NCBI RefSeq assembly: GCF_004765795.1 | Contig: NZ_SBIV01000002.1 | Span: forward strand, 545,557 to 565,556 | Source of the DNA: Halorussus marinus | GTDB taxonomy: Archaea; Halobacteriota; Halobacteria; Halobacteriales; Haladaptataceae | DNA length: 20,000 bases | Reading direction: 5' to 3' | Part shown: positions 1 through 8,851 of the stretch, in pieces | Layout of the letters: the number at the start of each line of letters is the position of its first letter | How positions within the stretch are numbered: the stretch's first letter is position 1 | Notes under the pieces: model-generated | Database searches by the model: none | Seen by the model: the letters and a program-made list of their open reading frames with translations, nothing else | Told to the model about the DNA's origin: nothing | Program-made: the position numbers and the translations under genes

Positions 1-1134
1 AGCGGCTTCGTCTACTCCGAGAAGCCGATCGCCATCGAGCGCGGCGAGGGGCCGTACCTCTACGACGGGACGGGCGCGGAGTACCTCGATTTCGGCGCCA
101 GCTACGGCGTCGCCGCGGTGGGCCACGCTCACCCCGCGGTCGTCTCGGCCGTCAGCGAGCAGGTCGAGAAGCTGACCTTCGTGCAGGCGAGCTACCCCAA
201 CTCGGCCCGCGACGCCCTCTACGAGAAGCTCGCGGCCCTCGGGCCGGGCGACCTCGACAACGTCTGGCTCTGTAACTCCGGGACCGAGGCCAACGAGGCC
301 GCCCTCAAGTTCGCCCGGAGCGCGACCGGCCGCTCGAAGGTCGTCGCGGCCCAGCGGGGGTTCCACGGCCGGACGATGGGGTCGCTCGCCGCGACGTGGA
401 AGCCCAAGTACAAGAAGCCGTTCGAGCCCCTCGCCGGCGACTTCGAGTTCGTCCCGTACGGCGACGAGGCCGCGCTCGAAGACGCCGTCGACGAGGAGAC
501 CGCCGCGGTGTTGCTCGAACCGATACAGGGCGAGGGCGGGGTCAACCCCGCGCCCGAGGGCTACCTGCGGGCGGCCCGCGAGCGGACCACCGAGGCCGGC
601 GCGGCGCTGGTCTTCGACGAGATCCAGACCGGGCTCGGCCGGACCGGCGCGCTCTGGGCCTGTGAGAACCGCGGCGTGGTGCCCGACGTGCTCACCTCCG
701 CGAAGGGGCTGGGCGGCGGCCTCCCGATCGGCGCGACCCTCTGTGCCGACTGGATCGCCGACGACGCCGGGCCCCACGGCTCGACGTTCTCGGGCGGGCC
801 GGTCGTCAGCGCCGCCGCCGAGGCCACCCTGTCGGCGATCGTCGACGCCGACCTCCCCGGCAACGCCGAGGCGGTCGGGACGCATCTCCAGTCGAAACTC
901 GGGGGATCGGAGCTACCGATCCGCGCGGTCCGCGGCGAGGGGCTGATGATCGGCGTCGAGGTCGGTCGAGGCGCGAACGCCGTCCTGAAGCGGCTGGCGA
1001 TGAACCACGGCGTGCTCGCGTTACCGGCGGGCCGGACCGTGGTGCGACTGCTCCCGCCGCTGGTCGTCGACGAGAGCCACGCCGACGCGGTGGCCGAGGC
1101 GCTCGGAGACGCGCTCGCGGAGGTGTCGGCGTGA
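1..1134 (+). CDS. argD: Class III PLP aminotransferase, [LysW]-glutamate/aminoadipate semialdehyde transaminase (ArgD/LysJ); start codon probably lies just upstream of the window
   Basis: Frame is open from base 1 (SGFVYSEKPIAIERGEGPYLYD...YLDFGASYG..VGHAHP). Contains NSGTEANEAALK, FHGRT, EPIQGEGG, DEIQTG and the PLP-lysine motif SAKGLGGG. Lies upstream of argE/lysK and argF. Confidence 0.93.
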   Translation, partial: SGFVYSEKPIAIERGEGPYLYDGTGAEYLDFGASYGVAAVGHAHPAVVSAVSEQVEKLTFVQASYPNSARDALYEKLAALGPGDLDNVWLCNSGTEANEAALKFARSATGRSKVVAAQRGFHGRTMGSLAATWKPKYKKPFEPLAGDFEFVPYGDEAALEDAVDEETAAVLLEPIQGEGGVNPAPEGYLRAARERTTEAGAALVFDEIQTGLGRTGALWACENRGVVPDVLTSAKGLGGGLPIGATLCADWIADDAGPHGSTFSGGPVVSAAAEATLSAIVDADLPGNAEAVGTHLQSKLGGSELPIRAVRGEGLMIGVEVGRGANAVLKRLAMNHGVLALPAGRTVVRLLPPLVVDESHADAVAEALGDALAEVSA

Positions 1135-2189
1135 GCGCCGGCGCGGTCGCGACCGACGGGACCGCCCGCGATCTCCTCGCGGACCTCGTGGCGATCCCCT
1201 CGCCGTCGGGCGAGGAGGGCGAGGCCGCCCGGCGGCTCGCGGCGTTCTTCGAGGAGCGCGACCGGGAGGTGTGGATCGACGAGGTCGGCAACGTTCGGGC
1301 GCCCGCCGACGACGCGGCGTTGCTGACCTCCCACGTCGACACGGTGCCCGGCGAGATCCCGGTGCGGATCGAGGAGACCGACGACGGGCGCGAGGAGCTG
1401 TGGGGCCGCGGGAGCGTCGACGCCACGGGGCCGCTCGCCGCGATGGCGGTCGCCGCCGTCCGGACGGGCGTCAGCTTCGCCGGCGTCGTCGGCGAGGAGA
1501 CCGACTCCCGGGGCGCGCGCTTCCTCGTCGGGGACCGCGAGGCGCCCGACGCCCTGATCAACGGCGAGCCCTCCGGCTGGGACGGCGTGACCCTCGGCTA
1601 CCGGGGCTTTCAGGTCGGGACGTACGCCGCGAGCACCGACTCGGCCCACACCTCCCGGCCCGAGCCCAACGCGATCCAGCGGGCGACCGCGTGGTGGTCG
1701 CGGGTCGACGCCGCGTTCGAGAGCGACGAGGAGACGCCGGTCTTCGAGCGAGTGACGGCCAAGCCCGTCGAGATCGCGGGCGGCGTCGCCGAGGACGGCC
1801 TCTCGGTCGAGGCGACGATCGACGCCCAGTTCCGGATTCCGCCCGGCGAGACCGCCGCGTCGATCCGCGAGACGGTCGAGGGCGAACTCGGCTCGGGCGG
1901 CGAGATCGAGTGGCGCGAGCCGACCCCGCCGGTGATGGAGAGCCCCCGGACCGCGGTGGCCCGAGCGTTCCGCGCCGCGATCCGACGACGCGGGGGCGAC
2001 CCCCGATCGCTCCGCAAGACCGGGACCAGCGACATGAACATCTACGCCGGGGCGTGGGACCGCCCGATGGCGACCTACGGCCCCGGCGACTCCGCGCTCG
2101 ATCACGCGCCGAACGAACGCCTCGACCTCGGGGACCTCGACCGCGCGGTCGCGGTCCTCGAAGACGTCTGTGAGACCCTGCAACAATGA
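1131..2189 (+). CDS. argE: M20 metallohydrolase, [LysW]-ornithine/[LysW]-lysine hydrolase (ArgE/LysK)
   Basis: Motifs IPSPSGEE, SHVDTVPG, GRGSVDA, GEE, GEPS, GTSDMN and YGPGDSALDHAPNE. GTGA overlap with argD indicates translational coupling. Confidence 0.9.
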   Translation: MSAGAVATDGTARDLLADLVAIPSPSGEEGEAARRLAAFFEERDREVWIDEVGNVRAPADDAALLTSHVDTVPGEIPVRIEETDDGREELWGRGSVDATGPLAAMAVAAVRTGVSFAGVVGEETDSRGARFLVGDREAPDALINGEPSGWDGVTLGYRGFQVGTYAASTDSAHTSRPEPNAIQRATAWWSRVDAAFESDEETPVFERVTAKPVEIAGGVAEDGLSVEATIDAQFRIPPGETAASIRETVEGELGSGGEIEWREPTPPVMESPRTAVARAFRAAIRRRGGDPRSLRKTGTSDMNIYAGAWDRPMATYGPGDSALDHAPNERLDLGDLDRAVAVLEDVCETLQQ

Positions 2190-3154
2190 GCCACGACGCG
2201 ACACGCGCGACGACCGCCGACGAACCGACCGACGACCAGCCGACCCCAAAGCACGTCCTCGACGTGGACGACCTCTCGGACGAGGACCTCGCGGCGGTGC
2301 TCTCGACCGCCGCGGAGTTCAAGCGGGCCCACTACGCGGGCGAGTCCCACGCGGTACTGCCCGACCGGACGCTCGCGATGCTGTTCGAGAAGCCCTCGAC
2401 CCGGACGCGGGTCTCCTTCGAGACGGGGATGACCCAACTGGGCGGCCACGCCGTCTTCCTCGGCCCCGAGAACACCCACCTCGACCGCGGCGAGCCGGTC
2501 TCGGACACCGCACGGGTGCTCTCGCGGTACGTCGACGCCGTGATGGCGCGGGTGTTCGACCACGACGCGCTGGAGTCGATGGCGGCCCACGCCTCGGTCC
2601 CGGTGATAAACGGGCTGTCGGACGACGCCCACCCGTGCCAGACGCTGGCGGACCTGTTCACGATCTACGAGCGGTTCGGCGGCTTCGAGGACGTGACCGC
2701 GGCGTGGGTCGGCGACGGCAACAACGTCGCCCAGTCGTTCGCGGTCGGCTGTGCGATGGCCGGGATCGACCTCTCGATCGCGACGCCCGAGGGGTACGAA
2801 CCCGACGATGCGGTGCTCGCGCGCGCCGCGGCCCGCGGGACCGCGCCCGAGGTGGGCAACGACCCCGCGGCGGCGGTCGAGGACGCCGACGTGGTGTACA
2901 CCGACGTGTGGGTGAGCATGGGCGAGGAGGACGAGCGCGCCGCGAAGCTCGACGACTTCGAGGGGTTCCAGGTGAACGACGACCTGCTGGCCGGGCCCGA
3001 CGATCCGATCGCGATGCACTGTCTGCCGGCCCACCGCGGCGAGGAGATCACCGACGCGGTGCTCGAGAGCGACCGGGCGGTCGTCTGGGATCAGGCCGAG
3101 AACCGGATGCACACCCAGAAGGCGCTTTTGGCCCACCTGCTCGGCGCGCGGTAG
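2186..3154 (+). CDS. argF: Ornithine carbamoyltransferase
   Basis: Carbamoyl-phosphate motif FEKPSTRTRVSFE, plus HPCQ, GDGNNV, TDVWVSMG, HCLPAHRG and QAENR. ATGA overlap with the upstream gene. Confidence 0.96.
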   Translation: MSHDATRATTADEPTDDQPTPKHVLDVDDLSDEDLAAVLSTAAEFKRAHYAGESHAVLPDRTLAMLFEKPSTRTRVSFETGMTQLGGHAVFLGPENTHLDRGEPVSDTARVLSRYVDAVMARVFDHDALESMAAHASVPVINGLSDDAHPCQTLADLFTIYERFGGFEDVTAAWVGDGNNVAQSFAVGCAMAGIDLSIATPEGYEPDDAVLARAAARGTAPEVGNDPAAAVEDADVVYTDVWVSMGEEDERAAKLDDFEGFQVNDDLLAGPDDPIAMHCLPAHRGEEITDAVLESDRAVVWDQAENRMHTQKALLAHLLGAR

Positions 3155-3256
3155 CCGGGTCGAGGCCGGACCCGGATCCGGCCGACGGCGGGTGCCCAAG
3201 ACGCTAAGGGCGTCGCACCCGAACGACGCGTGAGGGATTGGCTCTCACACTCACTC

Positions 3257-3814
3257 ATGCCCGAGGAACGCTTCGAGACGGAAACGATACTTCGCGGGAC
3301 GACAGTCGACGTCGAGCGACCGGTCGAGGTCGACGGCGACGGCGCGCCGATCGAGACCGAGACGGTCGAGCTACCGGCCAACGAACGAGTCGAGGCGGTG
3401 ACGTGCGAACGCTACCCGGAGTACTGTCCGCGACGCGGCGGACTGGTGTCGGTCGAGGAAGCGGTCGTGGTCGGCGTCGACATGGTCGACCGGCCGACCG
3501 GCAGGGACGCGGCGGTGTCGCTGGCGTACTGCCCGGAGTGTGCGACCAGCGAGTTCGCCTACGTCCGGGATCGCGACGGCGGCGCGGACGCCGACGGCCG
3601 GACGCTCCACGAGCGCTACGGCTACCTCTTTGGCACCGAGGCGACCCGGGAACGGCCCCTAAAGCGACTCGACGGCCCCGGCATCGCGAGCTCGCTGGTG
3701 GTGGTCGCGCTCGGAATGGGGCTGGCCGTCCTGGGGGCACAGGGGCTAATGCTGTGGGCGGCGCTCGTCGCGGCGACGGTCGCGGCCGCGGCGCGGCTCT
3801 CTGACGCGGTCTGA
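3257..3814 (+). CDS. Hypothetical membrane protein: Cys-containing soluble N-domain (CERYPEYC, CPEC) and two C-terminal hydrophobic helices
   Basis: Acidic composition and normal codon pattern; fills the argF-thrC gap. ATG at 3257, alternative GTG at 3230. Promoter-like GCTAAG at ~3204. Confidence 0.7.
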   Translation: MPEERFETETILRGTTVDVERPVEVDGDGAPIETETVELPANERVEAVTCERYPEYCPRRGGLVSVEEAVVVGVDMVDRPTGRDAAVSLAYCPECATSEFAYVRDRDGGADADGRTLHERYGYLFGTEATRERPLKRLDGPGIASSLVVVALGMGLAVLGAQGLMLWAALVAATVAAAARLSDAV

Positions 3815-3896
3815 GTGTCGACCGAACGCGTTCGTCCGGCGGTCGGCGGGGCGCCGACCGAGCCGACGGATCGGCAAATCTGCCGCCGACCGGCCC

Positions 3897-3903
3897 CTTT
3901 TTG
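3897..3903 (+). promoter_or_regulatory. Probable TATA box of leaderless thrC
   Basis: CTTTTTG lies ~26-32 nt upstream of ATG 3929. Confidence 0.45.
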
Positions 3904-3928
3904 CCGCTCGGCCACTTTCGACCCGCCA

Positions 3929-5197
3929 ATGACCGACCTGACGCTGGCCGACGCCGGAGTCGACGCCCCGCCGGCCGACGCCGACGACGGCGTCTGGCTG
4001 ACCTGCATCGAGTGTGGCTGGACCGGCGCCCCGTTCGAGGAGGTCCGCTACCGGTGTCCCGACTGCGACGGCCTGCTCGAAGTCCGGTACGCCGACCACC
4101 CGACGTTCGCGGACTTCGAGGGCCGGGGCGTCTGGCGGTACGCCGACGCGCTCCCGTTCGCGACCGGCGTGAGCATCGAGGAAGGCGATACGCCCCTCTA
4201 CTCGGTCCCGACGATCGAATCCGAGGTCGGGGTCGAGGACCTCCGGATCAAACACGAGGGGATGAACCCGACCGGGAGCTTCAAGGACCGCGGGATGACC
4301 GTCGGCGTGCGGGTCGCCGAGAGGCTGGGGGTCGGCCGGCTCGCCTGCGCCTCGACGGGCAACACCAGCGCGGCGCTCGCGTGCTACGGCGCGCGGGCCG
4401 ACACGCCGGTCCTCGTCCTCCTGCCGGCCGGGAAGGTCGCGGCCGGGAAGGTCGCGCAGGCCAGCCTCCACGGCGCGCGGATCCTCGAAGTCGACGGCAA
4501 CTTCGACGCCTGTCTCGACATCGTCGCGGACCTCGCGAAGCGCGGGGAGGCGTACCTGCTCAACTCGCTCAACCCCTTCCGGCTGGAGGGCCAGAAGACG
4601 ATCGGCCTCGAAATCGTCGAGCAGTTCCGCGACCAGACCGGCGACCTCCCCGACCGCATCGTCCTACCGGTCGGGAACGCGGGCAACACCGCGGCGCTGT
4701 TCAAGGCGTTTCGCGAACTCGTCGCGGCCGGCGCGCTCGACGTCGAGCAGGTGCCCAAACTGACCGGCGTCCAGGCCGAGGGCGCGGCCCCGATGGTCGA
4801 GGCCGTCGCCGAGGGCCGCGAGGAGGTCCGGCGGTGGGAAGACGTCGAGACCCGCGCGACCGCCATCCGGATCGGCAATCCCGTCAACGCGCCGAAGGCG
4901 CTACCGGGCATCCGGGAGACCGGCGGCACCGCGGTCGCGGTCTCCGACGAGGCGATCACCGACGCCCAGCGCGCGCTCGCCGAGGACGGCGTGGGCGTCG
5001 AGCCCGCGAGCGCCGCGTCGGTGGCCGGGCTCCGCAAACTCCGCGAGTCGGGCGAGATCGACGCCGACGAGCAGGTCGTCTGTCTCACGACCGGCCACCT
5101 GCTGAAAGACCCCGACGCCGCGGCGACGGCGGGCGCAAAGCCGGAGGCGGTGCCGGCCGACACCGAAGGCGTGTTAGACCACCTCGCGGAGAACTGA
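3929..5197 (+). CDS. thrC: Threonine synthase
   Basis: N-terminal Zn-ribbon (CIECG..CPDCDG), PLP motif NPTGSFKDRG, ASTGNTS, PVGNAGN, EPASA, TGHLLKDP. ATG 3929 preferred over the ORF-track GTG at 3815. Confidence 0.95.
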   Translation: MTDLTLADAGVDAPPADADDGVWLTCIECGWTGAPFEEVRYRCPDCDGLLEVRYADHPTFADFEGRGVWRYADALPFATGVSIEEGDTPLYSVPTIESEVGVEDLRIKHEGMNPTGSFKDRGMTVGVRVAERLGVGRLACASTGNTSAALACYGARADTPVLVLLPAGKVAAGKVAQASLHGARILEVDGNFDACLDIVADLAKRGEAYLLNSLNPFRLEGQKTIGLEIVEQFRDQTGDLPDRIVLPVGNAGNTAALFKAFRELVAAGALDVEQVPKLTGVQAEGAAPMVEAVAEGREEVRRWEDVETRATAIRIGNPVNAPKALPGIRETGGTAVAVSDEAITDAQRALAEDGVGVEPASAASVAGLRKLRESGEIDADEQVVCLTTGHLLKDPDAAATAGAKPEAVPADTEGVLDHLAEN

Positions 5198-5344
5198 CCC
5201 GGACTCTCACCGACCTCGACGGCCCGACCGCCGTCTCGCTCGTCGAACGGTCGGCGGACTCGGCCTTGGGGGCGTTCGCCGGTCGACCGAGATCGGTGAG
5301 TTAATACCTGCCGCGTCCGGGCGCGCGACTGGGAGTTTGATCCG

Positions 5345-5405
5345 TGATAATTACGCCAGATACTTTATACGGGTGGGGTATGAAATCCTGATAATTACGG
5401 TAATT
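5345..5405 (+). promoter_or_regulatory. Sensor-kinase promoter: TATA (TTTATA, 5364-5369) flanked by TGATAATTACG direct repeats
   Basis: AT-rich island. 11-bp repeat at 5345-5355 and 5389-5399; palindrome AATTAC-G-GTAATT at 5393-5405. Confidence 0.55.
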
Positions 5406-5411
5406 TAACTC

Positions 5412-7082
5412 ATGCAGTTCACCGTCCCCGTCGCCGCGTCGATACTCGCCACGGTCGTCTCGCTCGGAGTGGCGGTGTTCGCGTGGCGGCGACGTCGAAT
5501 GCCGGGCGCGGTTCCGCTGGCGGCGTTCACCGTCGCGACTGCGGTCTGGACCGGCGGGAACGCCCTCCAGATCGCCAGCACGTCGCTCGGTGCGAAGCTG
5601 TTCTGGGTGGACGTCCAGTACGTCGGCACCGTGGTCGTCCCGCTTGCGTGGTTCGCGTTCGCCTGCGAGTACGCCGGCCGCGAGGAGTGGGTGACCCGGC
5701 GGTCGCTGGCGGTGCTGGCTGTGATTCCGGCGATCACGATCCTCCTCGCGTGGACCAACGGGTACCACCATCTCGTCCGGACGTCGGCCGAACTCGCCAC
5801 CGTCGGCGACACCGTGACGATCCAGCGCGAGTTCGGGCCGTGGTTCTGGTTCGCCAACTTCTACTCGAACCTCGTGAACGCGGCCGGGACCGTGTTGTTA
5901 CTCCACGGTCTCGTCCGGTCGCGGCGGCTCTACCGGATCCAGACGCTCGCGGTGCTGGCCGGGACGACGGTGCCGTGGGTCGGGGGGACGCTGTTCTACA
6001 ACGGACTGATACCCGTCGAACCCGAGGTGTTTTTCGGCGTGAGCGCGCTCACGTTCGCCCTCGCGATATCGAAGTACGGCCTCCTCGACATCGCGCCCGT
6101 CGGTCGCCACACCGTCGTCGAGGAGATGGACGACCCGGTGGTCGTCCTCGACGACGACCGGATCGCGGACGCGAACCCGGCGGCCGCCGACCTGTTCGGC
6201 TGGCGGGACGCCGACGCCGCGATCGGAGTGTCGACCGACGAGGCGTTCGCGGGATGTCCCGAGTTCGAGCGCCAGTACGACACCGACGACGCCATCGACG
6301 AACTCTCGGTCGAAGACGCGAACGGCCGAGAGCGCGAGTTCGACGTCCAGTTCACGCCGCTCTCGGAGCGTGCGGTCGACGCCGAGATACTGCTCCTGAA
6401 GGACGTGACCTCGGTCAAGCGCCACGAAGCCGCGCTCGAACGCCAGAACCGACGGCTCGAACGCGTCGGCCACACGATCGCCCACGACCTCCGGAACCCG
6501 CTCAACGTCGCGCAGGGTCACCTCGAACTCGGACGCGAGACGGACGTCGACGTCGACGACCACCTCGCGAAGGTCGACGACGCCCACGACCGCATGGACG
6601 ACATCATCGAGGAGGTGCTCGCGATGGCACGCGACGACGAAACCGCCCGTCGAGACCCCCACTCGGTCGGGGACCTCGCCGAGCGGGCGTGGGCGAACGT
6701 CGAGACCGCCGACGCCGCCCTCGCCGTAGACGAGGGCGTCGGGGTGGTCGAAGCGAACGACAGCCAACTGGCGAGCGTGTTCGAGAACCTGTTCCGAAAC
6801 GCGGTCGAGCACGGCGGCCCCGACGCGACCGTCCGGGTCGGTGCGCTCGACGACGGCGGGTTCTACGTCGCCGACGACGGGCCGGGCGTGCCCGAGAGCG
6901 ACCGCGAGGAGGTGTTCGAGCAGGGGTTCACGACCAGATCCGACGGGAACGGGGTGGGGCTGGCGGTCGTCGCCGACGTCGCCGACCGCCACGACTGGCG
7001 CGTCGCGGTGACCGAGAGCGAGGCCGGCGGCGCGCGCTTCGAGTTCCGAGGGACAGACGGCGTCTGCACCGTCGCACAGTAG
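5412..7082 (+). CDS. Sensor histidine kinase (HisKA_7TM N-terminal domain, PAS, HisKA, HATPase_c)
   Basis: About 7 hydrophobic helices in the first ~225 aa. PAS-like DPVVVLD..IADANPAA..LFG; H-box AHDLRNPLN; N-box ENLFRNAVEH; G1 DDGPG; F-box; G2 GNGVGL. Confidence 0.92.
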   Translation: MQFTVPVAASILATVVSLGVAVFAWRRRRMPGAVPLAAFTVATAVWTGGNALQIASTSLGAKLFWVDVQYVGTVVVPLAWFAFACEYAGREEWVTRRSLAVLAVIPAITILLAWTNGYHHLVRTSAELATVGDTVTIQREFGPWFWFANFYSNLVNAAGTVLLLHGLVRSRRLYRIQTLAVLAGTTVPWVGGTLFYNGLIPVEPEVFFGVSALTFALAISKYGLLDIAPVGRHTVVEEMDDPVVVLDDDRIADANPAAADLFGWRDADAAIGVSTDEAFAGCPEFERQYDTDDAIDELSVEDANGREREFDVQFTPLSERAVDAEILLLKDVTSVKRHEAALERQNRRLERVGHTIAHDLRNPLNVAQGHLELGRETDVDVDDHLAKVDDAHDRMDDIIEEVLAMARDDETARRDPHSVGDLAERAWANVETADAALAVDEGVGVVEANDSQLASVFENLFRNAVEHGGPDATVRVGALDDGGFYVADDGPGVPESDREEVFEQGFTTRSDGNGVGLAVVADVADRHDWRVAVTESEAGGARFEFRGTDGVCTVAQ

Positions 7083-7167
7083 CCGGTAGCCGAGTCGGGC
7101 GCCAGCGACGCGAAAACGAGTGCGGGACTACCAGACAGTGCGGGCGGAGGAATCGGTGGCGGCGCGA

Positions 7168-8754
7168 CTACTCCGAGCCGTTGAGTTCGATGTAGCGGGC
7201 TTCGATGATGCGACCGTCGGCTTCGAGGACCTCTTTGGCCTCGGCCGGGACCGGCTCGTCGAGCGTGTACACCGTCAGCGCCTCGCCGCCGTGGGCCTCG
7301 CGGGCGTTGAACATGCCCGCGATGTTGACGTCGTGGTCGCCGAGCACCGTCCCGATGAACCCGATGACGCCCGGCACGTCCTCGTTGCGCGCGACGAGCA
7401 TGTGGCCGTGGGGGATGGCGTCGACTCGGTAGTCATCGACGCGAACGATTCGGGGGTCCTCGTCGGCGAACAGGGTCCCCTCGACGCTGACCGACTCGTC
7501 GTCGCCCGCGACTGTCACCCGGACGAGGCTCTGGAAGTCGTCGGTCTGGCGGGTCTTGGACTCGGTGACCTCGACCCCGCGGTCCTCGGCGATCTGGGGC
7601 GCGTTGACCGCGTTGACCTGCCACTCGAGAGGCTGGAACACGCCCTTCTGGGCGCTCGCGGTCACGAGTTCGACGTCCTCCTCGGCGATGTCGCCCTCGT
7701 AGTGGACCTCGATCGACTCGATGCGCTGATCGAGCAGTTGGGTCGCGATCTTGCCCGCGGTCTCGGCCAGCCCGATGTACGGTTCGACCCGTGGGAACGC
7801 GCTCTCGTCGATCGAGGGGGCGTTCAGGGCGTTGACGACCGGCTGTTCGGCGAAGGCGGCGACGACCTGATCGGCGGTGCTGGTCGCGACGTTCTCCTGG
7901 GCGGCTTCGGTGCTCGCGCCGAGGTGGGGCGTGACGACCACGTCCTCGACGTCGAGCAGGGGGTTGTCGGGCGAGACGGGCTCGTCGGCGAACACGTCGA
8001 CCGCCGCGCCGGCCAACACGCCGTCGTCGACGGCCGCCGCGAGCGCGTCCTCGTCGACGACGCCGCCGCGGGCGCAGTTGACGAGGTAGCCCCCCTCCAT
8101 CTGGGCGAGCTCCGCGTCGGAGATGAGGCCCTCGGTCTCGGGGGTGAGCGGAGTGTGGACCGTCAGGAAGTCCGCGCGGTCGAGACAGTCGTCGAGGTCG
8201 ACCAGTTCGGCGCCCAACTGGGCGGCGCGGTTCTCGCTGATGTAGGGATCGTAGGCGACCAGCTCCATCCCGAGCGAGTCGAGCTTCTTCGCGACCTCCT
8301 GACCGACCCGACCCAGCCCGACCACGCCAAGCGTCTTGGCGTTGACCTCGGTGCCCAGATAGTCGCCTTTCGCCCACTCGCCGTCCTTCAGGCGGGCGTG
8401 GGCCTGCGGGATCGACCGCGCCGAGGCGAACGCCATCGCGACGGTGTGTTCGGCCGCCGCCCGGACGTTGCCCTCGGGGGCGTTGGCGACGATGACGCCG
8501 TGATCGGTCGCGGCGTCGATGTCGATGTTGTCGACGCCGATGCCGGCCCGCCCGACGATCACGAGCTCCGGGGCGGCCTCGAACACTTCCTCGGTGACCT
8601 CGGTGCCCGACCGGACGATCAGCCCGTTCGCGTCCGAGACCGCCGAGAGGAGGGCGTCGCCCTCCACGTCGTAGGCCGTTTCGACGTCGTGGCCCGCCTC
8701 TCTGAGGCGGTCTAACCCTGCGTCCGCGATGGGGTCCGTGACGAGGACTTGCAT
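7168..8754 (-). CDS. serA: D-3-phosphoglycerate dehydrogenase (long type with ASB and ACT domains)
   Basis: IVRSGT, GRAGIGVDNID, AAAEH, Rossmann GLGRVG, NCARGG, TPHLGAST and C-terminal ACT domain (DVPGVIG..NIAGM). Confidence 0.96.
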   Translation of the reverse strand: MQVLVTDPIADAGLDRLREAGHDVETAYDVEGDALLSAVSDANGLIVRSGTEVTEEVFEAAPELVIVGRAGIGVDNIDIDAATDHGVIVANAPEGNVRAAAEHTVAMAFASARSIPQAHARLKDGEWAKGDYLGTEVNAKTLGVVGLGRVGQEVAKKLDSLGMELVAYDPYISENRAAQLGAELVDLDDCLDRADFLTVHTPLTPETEGLISDAELAQMEGGYLVNCARGGVVDEDALAAAVDDGVLAGAAVDVFADEPVSPDNPLLDVEDVVVTPHLGASTEAAQENVATSTADQVVAAFAEQPVVNALNAPSIDESAFPRVEPYIGLAETAGKIATQLLDQRIESIEVHYEGDIAEEDVELVTASAQKGVFQPLEWQVNAVNAPQIAEDRGVEVTESKTRQTDDFQSLVRVTVAGDDESVSVEGTLFADEDPRIVRVDDYRVDAIPHGHMLVARNEDVPGVIGFIGTVLGDHDVNIAGMFNAREAHGGEALTVYTLDEPVPAEAKEVLEADGRIIEARYIELNGSE

Positions 8755-8779
8755 GCGTATTGGAACTGGTGCCGGCGGG

Positions 8780-8790
8780 ATAACCCTTTC
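8780..8790 (-). promoter_or_regulatory. BRE/TATA of serA
   Basis: Minus strand reads GAAAGGGTTAT, with TTAT ~26-29 nt upstream of the start at 8754. Confidence 0.5.
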
Positions 8791-8851
8791 TTCCGCTGTA
8801 CCATTTGCCGACCCGCGTCCGGACGGCCCCGACGTCGTCGGCGGCCACGTC

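Noticed and set aside
3815..3928. N-terminal extension of thrC from GTG 3815
   Set aside because: Non-acidic sequence covering the promoter; ATG 3929 fits TATA spacing.
7120..8715. 531-aa plus-strand ORF antisense to serA (likewise 561-2249, 2102-3199, 5898-6992, 16226-17449)
   Set aside because: Shadow ORFs caused by high GC and strong codon bias on the coding strand; no motifs, and they fully overlap well-supported genes.
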